From: Euglena gracilis
Taxonomy: Eukaryota
Direction: 5' to 3'
Length of the DNA: 20,000 nt
Assembly (NCBI GenBank): GCA_039621445.1
Contig: CP154954.1
Span: 3,779,060-3,799,059 of the forward strand
Below, in pieces: positions 1-9,328 of this stretch. The first letter of the stretch is position 1, and the number at the start of each line of letters is the position of its first letter. A program made the translations under genes and the position numbers. The notes beneath the pieces are model-generated. The model was given only the letters and a program-made list of their open reading frames with translations, did no database searches and had not been told where the DNA came from.

Positions 1-777
1 CTTGTCAACGGCTTGTCTAGCCAATCGGCCAATCTGATTTCCAATGGGCTGTTCAAGAGGGGGGGTCTGCTAGCATCCCTAACTTGTAGGGAAAAATTCC
101 CAATGGCGCGCACAAAGTGCCAGAATTTCTTACCGATGCTGTTTGCATTCCTTTGCAGTTTTTTTTTTGCTTTTTGCTTGCTTCCCTATGTTTTCTGTTG
201 TTTCATTTTTATTGTCATTTTTTTCTGCACGGAGTTGTCTCCCAAAGATTAAAAATATGTCCCTCTAAAAGAGAACATTCCGAGGCAGGATTTCTATCCA
301 ACTTTTGCATTTTGCCATTGTTAATTCAGGTCCGTGTTTTTTTTGCATTTTTTATTTTTGCCTTTTATTAGATGTGTTTTCTTTTCCCTTTCCCATTTTT
401 TTGTTTTCTGCAAAAAGTTTGCCCCCGGCAGCAATTTTTTTTCGTGTTCTCACCTTCTTCAAATTTGGGTGGCCATGTTGTTTCCCTCCCCTCCCTGCAC
501 CTACTCTTAACAATTTCCACATTTTCCTGTTTGTTTTTGTATTCTTGTGCTTGCTCTGATTCAGCATTCTGAATTGCTCGCTTGATCTGTTTCCTGATGT
601 TTCGACAGCGCAGTTTGCCTTTTGTTTTGTGTATGGTGTTTCGGAATTTTTTTCCGGGACGTTGGCCCTGATGTTGGGGTGGGTGGGTTGTGGGTGGGTG
701 GGTCGATCACCTGGGGTTATGGGTGTGTGGTTTTTTTCAAAAGCAAAAAAGTGTATGCGTGGGTTGGGCCTGGCAGA

Positions 778-804
778 AAGTTCCCCCGGTGGGTGCAAGT
801 GAAG
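778..804 (+). CDS. Possible micro-exon of gene 1 (KFPRWVQVK)
   Basis: CTG at -8 upstream and donor AAG|GTATGA, phase 0. Joined to 2503 it reads WVQVK...ARARILL, paralleling the C2 C-terminal strands WVDIR...GRVRVSW. Tentative. Confidence 0.3.
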
Positions 805-1558
805 GTATGATCTCGACATTTGCAGCTTCATGATCAGGGAATTCATATCTGCAAGCGGTTTTCACAACATCTGCGTGGGTAGGCGTTTGAATTTTTTTTT
901 TACGTCCAGGTTTTCACACATGTGTGAAACCGCATTTGAAACATATTTATTTCCTATTTTCAGGTTCCGGTGCAGGATATTATCTATCCAGAAATGGATT
1001 GGGGCCAGCTCCTCACTGAACTCTTGTGGTACACCTGGGAGAAGAGCCCAACGTCATCAACCAAATTAGCTCAAAATGTGAAAGTCGATAGTTATTGATG
1101 GATGAAGATGCGAACAACAAATTAACCCCCTCCAATAGAAGTGCAGGTGCGCTTAGCGAACCGCTGCTCCGGCGTCGGGGGAGGGGGGTGCCTTCGGCGG
1201 CAGGGGGTGTGCTTTTATTTGCACCCTGCGCTTGTGGTGGACCCATTTGTCTATTGGGGGTGTTTACCCCTTGTGAAGTGCTTAACCACCCACCTAATAG
1301 AAGCGCGGGGCCGCTACAAGTGCACCCCCCCATTTTGATGGGATTTCTAAAGGAAATCAACAAAATCGCGCAGGTAGGGTCCAAATAGAAGCACCCCCCC
1401 CCCCGCCACAAGCGCACCCATGCTTCTATTAGGGGGGCGGGGTTTATTATTGTCCGTGGATCGTCCACTTGCTTTCACAGAATCATTTTCTTGCTTGCTT
1501 GCTTGCTTGCTTTCTTTTAACAGACAATGGACATTGTAGAACTGCTCCCAATGCCAAC

Positions 1559-2057
1559 CAGAGGTTTTTAAATTTGGTGACCCCAGGGAGGGTGGGTGGG
1601 TGCAGCCTCCTCTGGGGGTGGGGGTCGAGCCGAATGGGTGCACCCCCCCGGAGGGGGTGTTCCTCTATTTTTGGCACAAAGCACCGAATGATTTTTGGAC
1701 CCCAAAATTGACCCCAAACGTGGGCCCCCAGGGGTTTTTTTTTTACACTGGAGGGAACTCTAACCCCCCCCCCCACCCGGGCGTCCAGCCAGCAAGCAGC
1801 TTTTTTCCAGCCAGCCAGCTCCCGACCCCTGGGGGGTCCGCTAAAATTAAGTTCCGGCTGGACCGAAATTTTTTTTAAAAAAATCAAAAAGGACCAAAAT
1901 GGAATTTTTGGGTGGTTCTGGGTCTGGGTCTTCGCCTCAGAACTTTGGCTGAAAAATGCCAACCCGGCCGAATTTGGACTTTTTTTGTCTGTTTTTGGGG
2001 CCCGGCCGGACCCAAAACCAAACCACACCTCCACCCGGGTTTTTAAAAAGACTTTTG
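1559..2057. mobile_element. Diverged hAT-like MITE
   Basis: CAGAGGTTTTTAAA...TTTAAAAAGACTTTTG. Flanks ATGCCAAC / ATGCCAAG match at 7/8. Left end resembles 8435-8470. Confidence 0.6.
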
Positions 2058-2502
2058 ATGCCAAGTCAGTTTTAATTTTTTGCCAACAGCTCAGTTTTTT
2101 TTTCTTTAGGTGAAGTTATGGCCGCCTCTTCCTACAAAAAAAAAACGGGGGAAATTTGCGAAAGTTCAATGTCGGCCAAGTCCCCTCACCCCTGTTCTGT
2201 TTCGTTTTGACGTTCTTTCCTGAGAGGCTGCCCGCTGGGTCCCACATTGTCAGATTTTTTTGTCCAAAATGGAACCCAAATAGAAGTTCGAAGAAGTTTT
2301 TTTTTTGAGACGGAAGGATTTGGTGGCGGCAGGATTTTTTGTGAAGAACGTTTGGAAAAAATTGGCAGACTGTGAAAAAGGAATTTGAATATCATGCGGC
2401 ACAAAATTCGCCACAAAAATGCACAAAAATGCACAAAAATGCACATTATTTGAACAAATGCTCAAGGATGACACCCACCGTGTGCCACCCCCGTCCCATC
2501 AG

Positions 2503-2668
2503 CTGGGGGGGGGGGCTGGGCCCGACGATGTGGTGCTGGCGGTGCGGTCTGCCCGGGCCCGCATTCTGCTGAAGGCGGAGTCCTCCGGCCTCGCGCCGCG
2601 GCTGGAGGCGTGGAACCGGCTGCTGCTGTTTGACAACCCTTGGAAGTCGACGCTGGTGTTTGGCGCGG
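2503..2668 (+). CDS. Gene 1 exon (LGGGAGPDDVVLAVRSARARILLKAESSGLAPRLEAWNRLLLFDNPWKSTLVFGA)
   Basis: High GC3 codon usage, CATCAG acceptor (alternative non-canonical start at 2524), phase-1 donor G|GTGTGG matching the next exon. Confidence 0.7.
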
Positions 2669-5600
2669 GTGTGGCTGCCTGCCGACCCCCGTCGGGCAGC
2701 TGCGGTTGACCGCTGCACAAAACAAGCGGACTGCTGCCGGCTCTGCAATTTCAGACACTCCGTGGCAGAAAACAGACACGTGCTCTGAAATCTGCAGGAT
2801 GTCTTTCCCTGTGTTGTCCGCGAAAAAAACTCATTATTTTGAAAAGAGGGGCTGAAGTTGTGGCAGTCCTCAGTCACACAGGAGGGTTGTGCCAGGTGTT
2901 GCTCGAAACCAATAGGATCACCTGCATCAAGCTGGGCGTGATTGGTTTTTTTCCAGGTTCCGTGTTGTTTTGGTTCTCCATGCACACCTGGTATCATTCT
3001 GCGTTTGCCTTCCGTCCCCTCGTGCAGTGATGGCGTTCAATGGGGTGATGGGGCATTACCGCCTGTGGAGCCAGGACCGCACTTGCGTGTGAGAAGTCAA
3101 TAAATCCATCATCGGAACAGTGTAGCGCAATTCTCAATCAGGCTTTTCTGGAAGTCCGCACCTTCAGGGGTGGGTGCTACAGGCAGTCAGGGGTGGGGTT
3201 GTGGTGCTGCAGCGCCTGTCTCTGAAAGAAGCGGGGCATTTTAAGGGAAATTCACCTGGGTCAGCCAGGACCAATACCGACCCCCTCCCCCCCAGGGTGC
3301 CTGCGTTGGGTGGGAATCCCACAGCACTCACAGCACAAGGAATCCCGGGTTGAAAAAGCCTGCAATATATTTTTTTCACAAAGGAAGTTTAAGCATTTCT
3401 GTTTTTTTTTGCAATGCTGAAACAGGATTCTCAAACATACAATTATTATATGTCCGCTGGTCAAGTAGGTCGGACCCCCCCCTGGAGGTGGTGTCCAACT
3501 GTGCTGAACCGGGATCCGGTCCGTCCTGCCCCACCATTTTTCTTAACCCCAGAGTTGGTTATAGTGAACATTGTCTGGCCACCCGTGTGGCCCTGCTGCG
3601 GTGCCGGGCTTTTTTGCCTTGTTCGTTGCCAGCTATGTGATTGGGTACCGGCAGCGCGATTTCTGGACTGAAAAGGTGTGCCGGGTCCGCCACCGATTCT
3701 CCGGGTGCACCTGGGTAGGTCACATGGATGCATCCCGAGATGCACACCCGGACCCACTCCCCCGGCCCAACCTCCTAGATGCCTAGATACCCTGGATCAC
3801 ACTCAACCCCAACCTTTCCTTAACCCCACCAAACTTATCCACAACAGCCCTAATCCAAACCCTGAAGAATATCGGAACGAAATTGAAAGGATAATCCAGC
3901 TGACTGTGGGACGGGTCCTCTGGCGCTTGGTGACTATCAATTCACTGTCCTCAGGAGTGCACCAGAAAAGCAACTTCTGGGAACGAACCGCATATTTGGT
4001 AGAAGGAGTCATGGGCAGGTTTTGATATTATTCCAAACTGTGCCCCACCAAGACTTTCCTGGCAACAAACACGCTGGTTTTTCATTTCTTCTTCTTTGTT
4101 TATTGCAAGCGTGTTCTGTTTGGCCAAAGGCAACACTGGGTCAGCTGGATTGGCCTTGGCTGTTAACGCTCTGGCAACCAACAGCACACTTAGAAAACTG
4201 AACGTTGCTTGCGAGCACACTACTGGGCAACAGCTCCAGACAGTTCGTTCCTGATAGTTCACAATTAACTTTTTTGCCAGGGACATTTGTCTTCTTGTTT
4301 GAACCTGTCTTTGTCCCACTTAGGCTGCTCTTCCTAAAAAGTCAATAAACTACCACCATTTTGCCACTTAGTTTTAAGAAAGCACCGTGGATTTTAAAAG
4401 GTTTGCAAAAATGGCAGTTCTTTGCTTGCTTAGAGGCAGCATGTTGCATTGCTTGACAACACTAATGGATGCCATATGCACTTTGTGGAATTCCAAGACT
4501 GCTTCAAAATTTCAAAAGAGGTGTTCAAAAGCAATGATAATTTTGTGTTTCAGACTTTTTTAAAAGGGGTCAAAATGATCAAATGGGGTTTCTCGCTGGA
4601 TCTCATCAACTTGGTTTTTCGAAGGAAATGCTCCAGGAACTGATGCCAGATGGGGAATGTGTTGTTTGGCAGACATGATATTTCAAACTGAATATCTTCG
4701 CATGACACACCAAACTCGTAAGCGTTGCAGCTGTGTTACAGAACCCTGCCTCCCAAACCTAGCCACACCACGCCACCTTGTCAGGTGTGCAAACCATCAC
4801 ATATGAAATCAGAACGAACCAAGAAAACCAAGCAAGAACTTGGGAGGTGTGCCATCCCCAATGATATACTGATATGCACCTGTGTATCCAAAAATGAAAA
4901 TGTTTGTGTTTTTTCCATTTGCATTAATCCATAATTCTGAAATTTCCATATGCGATTGTTCTCAACCAACTACTGTCAGATTGATTAAACCCCCATCAGC
5001 GATTTGTCCAACCTTTTAAATTTATAAGTTTTTTTTTTAAAGGGATGTTGCTTTGATCTGCCAGGGGATTGTATTTATTAGGGAACTGCAAACTAGTTCA
5101 GTGCAAGTTCATGAATGATTCACACATTTGACACACACACATTTAATTTCCCCCTATTTTTCCAGTGGTAACCTCTTTTAAGGTGTCTGCTCTATCTTTT
5201 TTTGACAGGAGATTAAGCTTTTTGGGTTGTGACGAAAATTCTGGTATTTGGTATTTTGGGCTTTTGCTTCTCTCGGGATTGGGAAACATTTATTGGGCTG
5301 CGGGTTTCACAGCCCAGGTGTGAGCCGCACTCATTTGGACACTGCGCTGTTGACCACTGCAGCACACCCATACGATGTATCCGGCATTCCCATGCGTTCC
5401 ACCACACCCCAGGGTGATGGTCAGCACCGCGTGGCTGAACTGGCGGATCATTGACCGCTTCCTGTCCCTCGCCACCTGGCAGCACCCCCGCTCCAGTGTC
5501 CTGTCCAGGCTTTTCTCTTTTTTTTTTATACAGGAAGTGCGCACAGTTTTCACAGGTGAGCGCTATGGGCATAGGGGTTTTTTTAGTCGTGGACCCCCGG

Positions 5601-8600
5601 GGGGGGTAGGGTGGGTGGGTCTGGCCAAGCCCCCCCCCCCGGGGGGTCCCCCTGGAGGGGGGTGGGATATACGTTTCGGCGCCGAAGGCGCCGAAAAAGT
5701 GCTATTTTTAGCACTTTTCGCGATTTTCGGCCATTTTTTGTTGGTCCCCCGGGACCCCGCCCCCCCGGGGGGCCCACAGGGGGGGGGTGGGTTGGGGGGA
5801 CCCCCAGGGTTCGATATAAGGAGGGCGTACATGGTTTAGGTGGGGGGGTGTCCCCCCTCCCCCCCCCCCCCCTCCTGGCCCGCAGGGTGGTCCGGACCAC
5901 CCCCCCCCCCCACCTGCAAGGGGGGTCCGGACCGACCCTCGGGGGCAAAAATTGACCCCCCCAAAAAGGGTCAATTTTTTCCTCCGGCGCTTCGCGCCGA
6001 AAATTTTTTGCATTTTTGGCACATTTTTGCCCAAAAAGTGCCCAAAATGGCACTTTTGGGTCGTTTTGGGGGTCCAAACCTTTTGCGGGTTTTGAGGGGG
6101 TCAAAAATTTTCGGCCACCCTGACCGCGCACCTGTTTAGGTGGGGGGGGGTGTCCCCCCCCCCCCCCCCCCCCCCTCCCTGGGCCGCAGGGGGACTCCCC
6201 CCCCCCCCCCCCACCTGTCCTTATATCGAACCCTGGGGACCCCCCCGGTCTTAAAGAAACCCCTGTATGGGCAGCCAGGGGGGTGGGGCACTTTAATTCT
6301 AAAGCACACCCCCGGCGCGGAATATGCCAGGGGCCCGAAAATATCCATTTTCAAAGGAAATTTGCCTGGGTCGGCAGGGACCGGGGTTCAAAACAGACTC
6401 CGGGGGGGGGGGGGCCTGCTCTTGGCAGGCACCCCATCGCAAAAGGCACACCCCCTCCCCCCCAGGTTGGTAAAAAGGAAGCCTGGTCCTGTCCCTCGTC
6501 TTCTTCACCCTGTGCTTCCTCCTTGCGCTCATCCTGCCCGGTTGGGTGATGTTGAACTTCATCCTGGCGGTGTACCTCACCCTCGTTGTCGGTCTGGCAT
6601 GCTGTGCCTCGAGGTCATCCATATGGATCGGCTTCTTCCCAAAGCCAGTCTGCAGTGATGATGGCTCCATGCTGTGTTTTTCTTCCGCAGTTTTCGCTCG
6701 CTATCCGATTATTCGGTGCTTCACTTATGCCTCCCATTTGGATGGCGTGCGGCTACGGGCAAAGCCTTTCGTGCGACCCTATGTGGGTGTGTATGTCCCC
6801 ACCTTCCACACCCACAACACGCGTGAGGGGGCACACACAAACACACATGCAAGCATGCACACAGGGACATTGCTAGTTCTTATTTGTTGTGCCGGGGAGC
6901 CATTTTTTGGTGGTTTTTTTTGGAATGATGACCCGAGGGAGGGGATGGTAGCGATTTGTAATGGGACGATCCATTTTCCATTCATTCAAATGGACAAATT
7001 TTAAACCACATTTTTACTTTAAACTGCCTGGCACTTTCTCGAATCATGGTCACTATCCTGACCCCCATCCCAGCCAAATTTTAAACCACATTTTTACTTT
7101 AAACTGCCTGGCACTTTCTCGAATCATGGTCACTATCCTGACCCCCATCCCAGCCCCCCCCCCCCCGTTTACCTGGATTCAAGCTCTCTTGTTCGCCTTT
7201 CTTGCGTATTGGGTTTCCTGACGTTCCCTTCTTCCTCCGCACCCCGTCAGGCCGACTTGTCGTGACGGTCCACTGTGCCCACGGTTTCCGAAGCTCAGAC
7301 TACATATCCACCGACCCTTACGTTGTGGTGATGGTTGGCGAACAAATGGACCGGGTTCAGGGTGGCTTCCACAAAACACACGACACACACACACACACAC
7401 ACACACCCACACGCACATTGATCCACACAGGCTTTACAAGCACAGACACACAACCTCATATAGCCCAGACACAGCCCACACAGATGACTGACAGGCTCGC
7501 TCATGGACTTTTTCTGTGCTTTCCCCCTTATTCAATAAATCTGTTTTCATTCTCATTTTGCACGTTTTCATTTTGCAATTGTTTTTATGTTGTTTTTTTT
7601 GCATTCAACTGGCGCACGATGACACTCTGCTGGTACAAAGTCCAAGATGAAGGATATGCACCCCCTGTTTGAGGAGGTGTGATGCAATAGGTACTTGGCA
7701 GCATGGCAGCATGATGGAACAGTGCTCTGTGTGTGTGGGCAAGGTTGGATGCACCGTGCCGAACGTTGTTTCAGACCATGGAGTTCATCGTGTTCAGTCC
7801 CAACACACGTGTCCAAGTATTCCTGTGGGATTGGGACCGGTCTTCATCAGACGACTTCCTTGGGGAGGGGCAGTTCCAGACCACAGGTGTGCGCAATGAA
7901 CTCCTCCAGTGATGTGGCTCATAACCCCAATATGTGATGGAGAATTGGGGGAGCTTCGCGTTCAGTTGTGGTGGTCAGGATCTGTCCTCAGAGGTCTTTT
8001 CCTCCCGCCTTACATATTCCATGCTGGAGGGACACCTTTTGCCCAAGATCTATAGCGAGCATACATGTGAAATAAGGCACTCAAGGGGCAAAGCCTAACC
8101 TTCCCAAAAACATTCACCTTCAAATAGCCGGCAAATTAGGCATGACCTCCTTGGGGAAGTGCGGAACCCAAGGTGTCCCTCAACGTCCCTTCCTCTTCCT
8201 CCCTCCTCGGTGTTCTCCGAGGGAGTGTGTGAGGAGTCAATTTTTCAGCCTAAGATTTCAAGTGCCCGTGGTCAAGGCGTGGCGTTCCAGATGCGGAAGG
8301 AGGGGACTGACCTCTTGAAAAACAGGCAAAGGGCTCTGATGTTTGTTGGGGCCACTCGTTTGGGGGCCCAATTTGGATTTTTTTTTTGCAGATTCAAGTT
8401 TTTTTCAGAATCAGCCGGTGTTTGTTCATTCCAGCAGGGACTTTTTAAGGTTGGTGACGCAGGGAGGATGGCTTAGGGTTTCAATTTCGGGTGTCAAATA
8501 TTGGGCTCCAATTTTTTCGGTATTTTTGCTCCAAAAATACAGAAATTCTTTTTCTGGCGGATACCCACTTGATCCGACGGGGGTTCCCCATCAGAGGGTG

Positions 8601-8971
8601 GGTGGGTGGGTTGGTGTCCCCCCCCAGTCTAAAAAAAAAACCCTGTTTCTGTTCAGTGCCTTTTTGTTGGGCAACCTCCACCGTCGGGGGTTGCTGAGTA
8701 TGGCAAACCGGACCCACAGGGAACGCGGGATTTTGGGACCTAAAATCTCTTTGGGAACGCGGGTCACATCCGAAAGGTGTGACCCGAATGACCAGCACGT
8801 TGTATTTCACACCCCACCCTGTCTACACCCTCCCCCTGACCAGGGGCCCCCGGCGGCACCGCCAGCCGGGGCAATGTCTGGGTGGACATCCGCCCCCGCC
8901 CGGCCTGCTTTGCCGACTACAAGCGGTTCGTGTCCGGCCGCGTGCGGGTCAGCTGGCGGCTGGACGATGTT
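2503..8971 (+). CDS. Gene 1, spliced multi-exon span (5' and 3' incomplete): C2-domain membrane protein with an MCTP/PRT_C-like transmembrane region followed by a C2 domain
   Basis: Manual splicing of 11 exons with consistent phases gives ...WNRLLLFDNPWKSTLVFGAVMAFNGVMGHYRLWVPGFFALFVASYVIG...EGVMGRVMVSTAWLNWRIIDRFLSLATWQHPRSSVLSLVFFTLCFLLALILPG...RPYVGRLVVTVHCAHGFRSSDYISTDPYVVVMVGEQMDRTKSKMKDMHPLFEETMEFIVFSPNTRVQVFLWDWDRSSSDDFLGEGQF...WVDIRP...SGRVRVSWRL. Family assignment is by motif recognition, not a database search. Confidence 0.8.
3028..3068 (+). CDS. Gene 1 exon ((V)MAFNGVMGHYRLW)
   Basis: Pyrimidine-rich GCAG acceptor in phase 1. The 3' end abuts the non-canonical intron start AGCCAGG. 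Confidence 0.7.
3069..3600 (+). other. Non-canonical (euglenid-type) intron, AG...CG ends
   Basis: CAG at +4..+6 and CTG at -8..-6. CAGGACCGCAC pairs with GTGTGGCCCTG (10/11 including G-U). Removal fuses the flanking exons in frame. Confidence 0.75.
3139..3362. mobile_element. Diverged family A-like MITE inside intron 3069-3600
   Basis: CAGGCTTTTC...AAAAAGCCTG termini. Internal CATTTTAAGGGAAATTCACCTGGGTC resembles family A. Only CAAT is duplicated at the flanks. Confidence 0.6.
3601..3675 (+). CDS. Gene 1 exon (VPGFFALFVASYVIGYRQRDFWTEK), TM segment
   Basis: Follows the non-canonical 3' end CCCTGCTGCG and ends at donor AAG|GTGTGC. Hydrophobic and in frame with the previous exon. Confidence 0.7.
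3900..4018 (+). CDS. Gene 1 exon (LTVGRVLWRL...NFWERTAYLVEGVMG(R)); 5' boundary uncertain
   Basis: CCAG acceptor in phase 0 and AG|GT donor in phase 2, matching the exon at 5413. VMGRV...DRFLSLATWQHPRSS resembles the plant MCTP motif VAGRI...ERLQSLLSWRDPRAT as recalled. An alternative exon 3955-3998 in another frame is also phase-compatible. Confidence 0.5.
5413..5502 (+). CDS. Gene 1 exon (VMVSTAWLNWRIIDRFLSLATWQHPRSSV), PRT_C-like W-x-x-P motif
   Basis: CCCCAG acceptor and high GC3. Ends in phase 2 at the MITE-derived intron. Confidence 0.85.
5572..6265. mobile_element. hAT-like MITE nested in the family A copy, 8-bp TSD TATGGGCA
   Basis: TSD at 5564-5571 and 6266-6273. Termini TAGGGGTTTTTTTAG / CTTAAAGAAACCCCTG. 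Confidence 0.85.
5805..6235. mobile_element. hAT-like MITE family B, innermost nested copy, 8-bp TSD GGGACCCC
   Basis: Perfect 18-bp TIR CAGGGTTCGATATAAGGA / TCCTTATATCGAACCCTG. TSD at 5797-5804 and 6236-6243. Confidence 0.9.
6491..6591 (+). CDS. Gene 1 exon (SLVFFTLCFLLALILPGWVMLNFILAVYLTLVV), hydrophobic hairpin
   Basis: In frame with 5413-5502 after removal of 5503-6490. Phase-1 donor G|GTCTGG. Confidence 0.8.
6691..6786 (+). CDS. Gene 1 exon (FARYPIIRCFTYASHLDGVRLRAKPFVRPYV)
   Basis: TTTTCTTCCGCAG acceptor and G|GTGTGT donor, both phase 1. Confidence 0.72.
6995..7154. repeat. Perfect 80-bp tandem duplication within an intron
   Basis: 6995-7074 is identical to 7075-7154. Confidence 0.9.
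7251..7354 (+). CDS. Gene 1 exon, C2 domain N-terminal part (GRLVVTVHCAHGFRSSDYISTDPYVVVMVGEQMDR)
   Basis: Classic C2 pattern G-x-L-x-V-x-V-x-x-A...D...DPYV. GTCAG acceptor in phase 1. Confidence 0.9.
7355..7634 (+). other. Non-canonical/intermediate intron, GT...GT ends
   Basis: Starts GTTCAGGGTG and ends CACTCTGCTGGT, giving a 7-bp stem CAGGGTG/CACTCTG. Removal restores C2 sequence MDR-TKSK. Confidence 0.7.
7635..7676 (+). CDS. Gene 1 exon, C2 domain (TKSKMKDMHPLFEE)
   Basis: Matches the C2 pattern T-x6-[LM]-x-P-x-[FW]-x-E. Donor GAG|GTGTGA. Confidence 0.8.
7775..7886 (+). CDS. Gene 1 exon, C2 domain (TMEFIVFSPNTRVQVFLWDWDRSSSDDFLGEGQFQTT)
   Basis: C2 signature WDxD...DDFLG. TTTCAG acceptor and CAG|GTGTGC phase-1 donor. 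Confidence 0.9.
8844..8971 (+). CDS. Gene 1 exon, C2 C-terminal strands (APGGTASRGNVWVDIRPRPACFADYKRFVSGRVRVSWRLDDV)
   Basis: GACCAG acceptor in phase 1 and very high GC3. Followed by a CCC-CAGGCTTTTTT MITE-type intron start, so the 3' end is approximate. Confidence 0.8.
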
Positions 8972-9328
8972 CCCCAGGCTTTTTTTAAATTTATTTTGTT
9001 ATGGTAGTCCCCCCCCCCACGGACTTTGGGAAGCGGAGGGGGGGGGGGGCACTTTTTCCTGGGCCCAAACCCACCGCCAATACCCCCCACCCACAAATCC
9101 CCCCAGGGGTCCATGAAACCACCCACCCACCCAAAACCCCTCCAAAATTGGCCCAAAACCTTTGAAGTTTTTTTTCCTGGTCTAGCCTTCAGCCAGGCAA
9201 AAGACTGATCCGTGGTGCTCCTCAACCCCCCGGGGGGGGTCCAGCAGCCTAAACCCACCCACCCATTCTTGACCTCCCTGGGGGTGGGTCACAGGTCACA
9301 CAGTTGTTAAGTGAATCTCTGGCTCCTG

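Larger units (their letters stand above)
5506..6485. mobile_element. hAT-like MITE family A (CAGGCTT...AAGCCTG) with perfect 8-bp TSD GTCCTGTC
   Basis: TSD copies at 5498-5505 and 6486-6493, inverted termini, and a 3' part similar to about 16606-16750. Confidence 0.85.
5503..6490 (+). other. Non-canonical intron, GT...CT ends, formed by a MITE insertion
   Basis: CAG at +4 and CTG at -8, no AG at the 3' junction. Removal gives in-frame PRSSVL-SLVFF. Confidence 0.85.

Noticed and set aside
2446-2997. Minus-strand 183-aa ORF and overlapping ORFs
   Set aside because: Antisense shadow of the GC-rich + strand exon 2503-2668.
5563-6490. Gly/Pro-rich ORFs on both strands
   Set aside because: They arise from G/C runs in the nested MITEs and show no transposase motifs.
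8435-8645. CAGGGAC...AAACCCTG putative MITE
   Set aside because: The termini are plausible, but there is no flanking duplication and the boundaries are unsupported.
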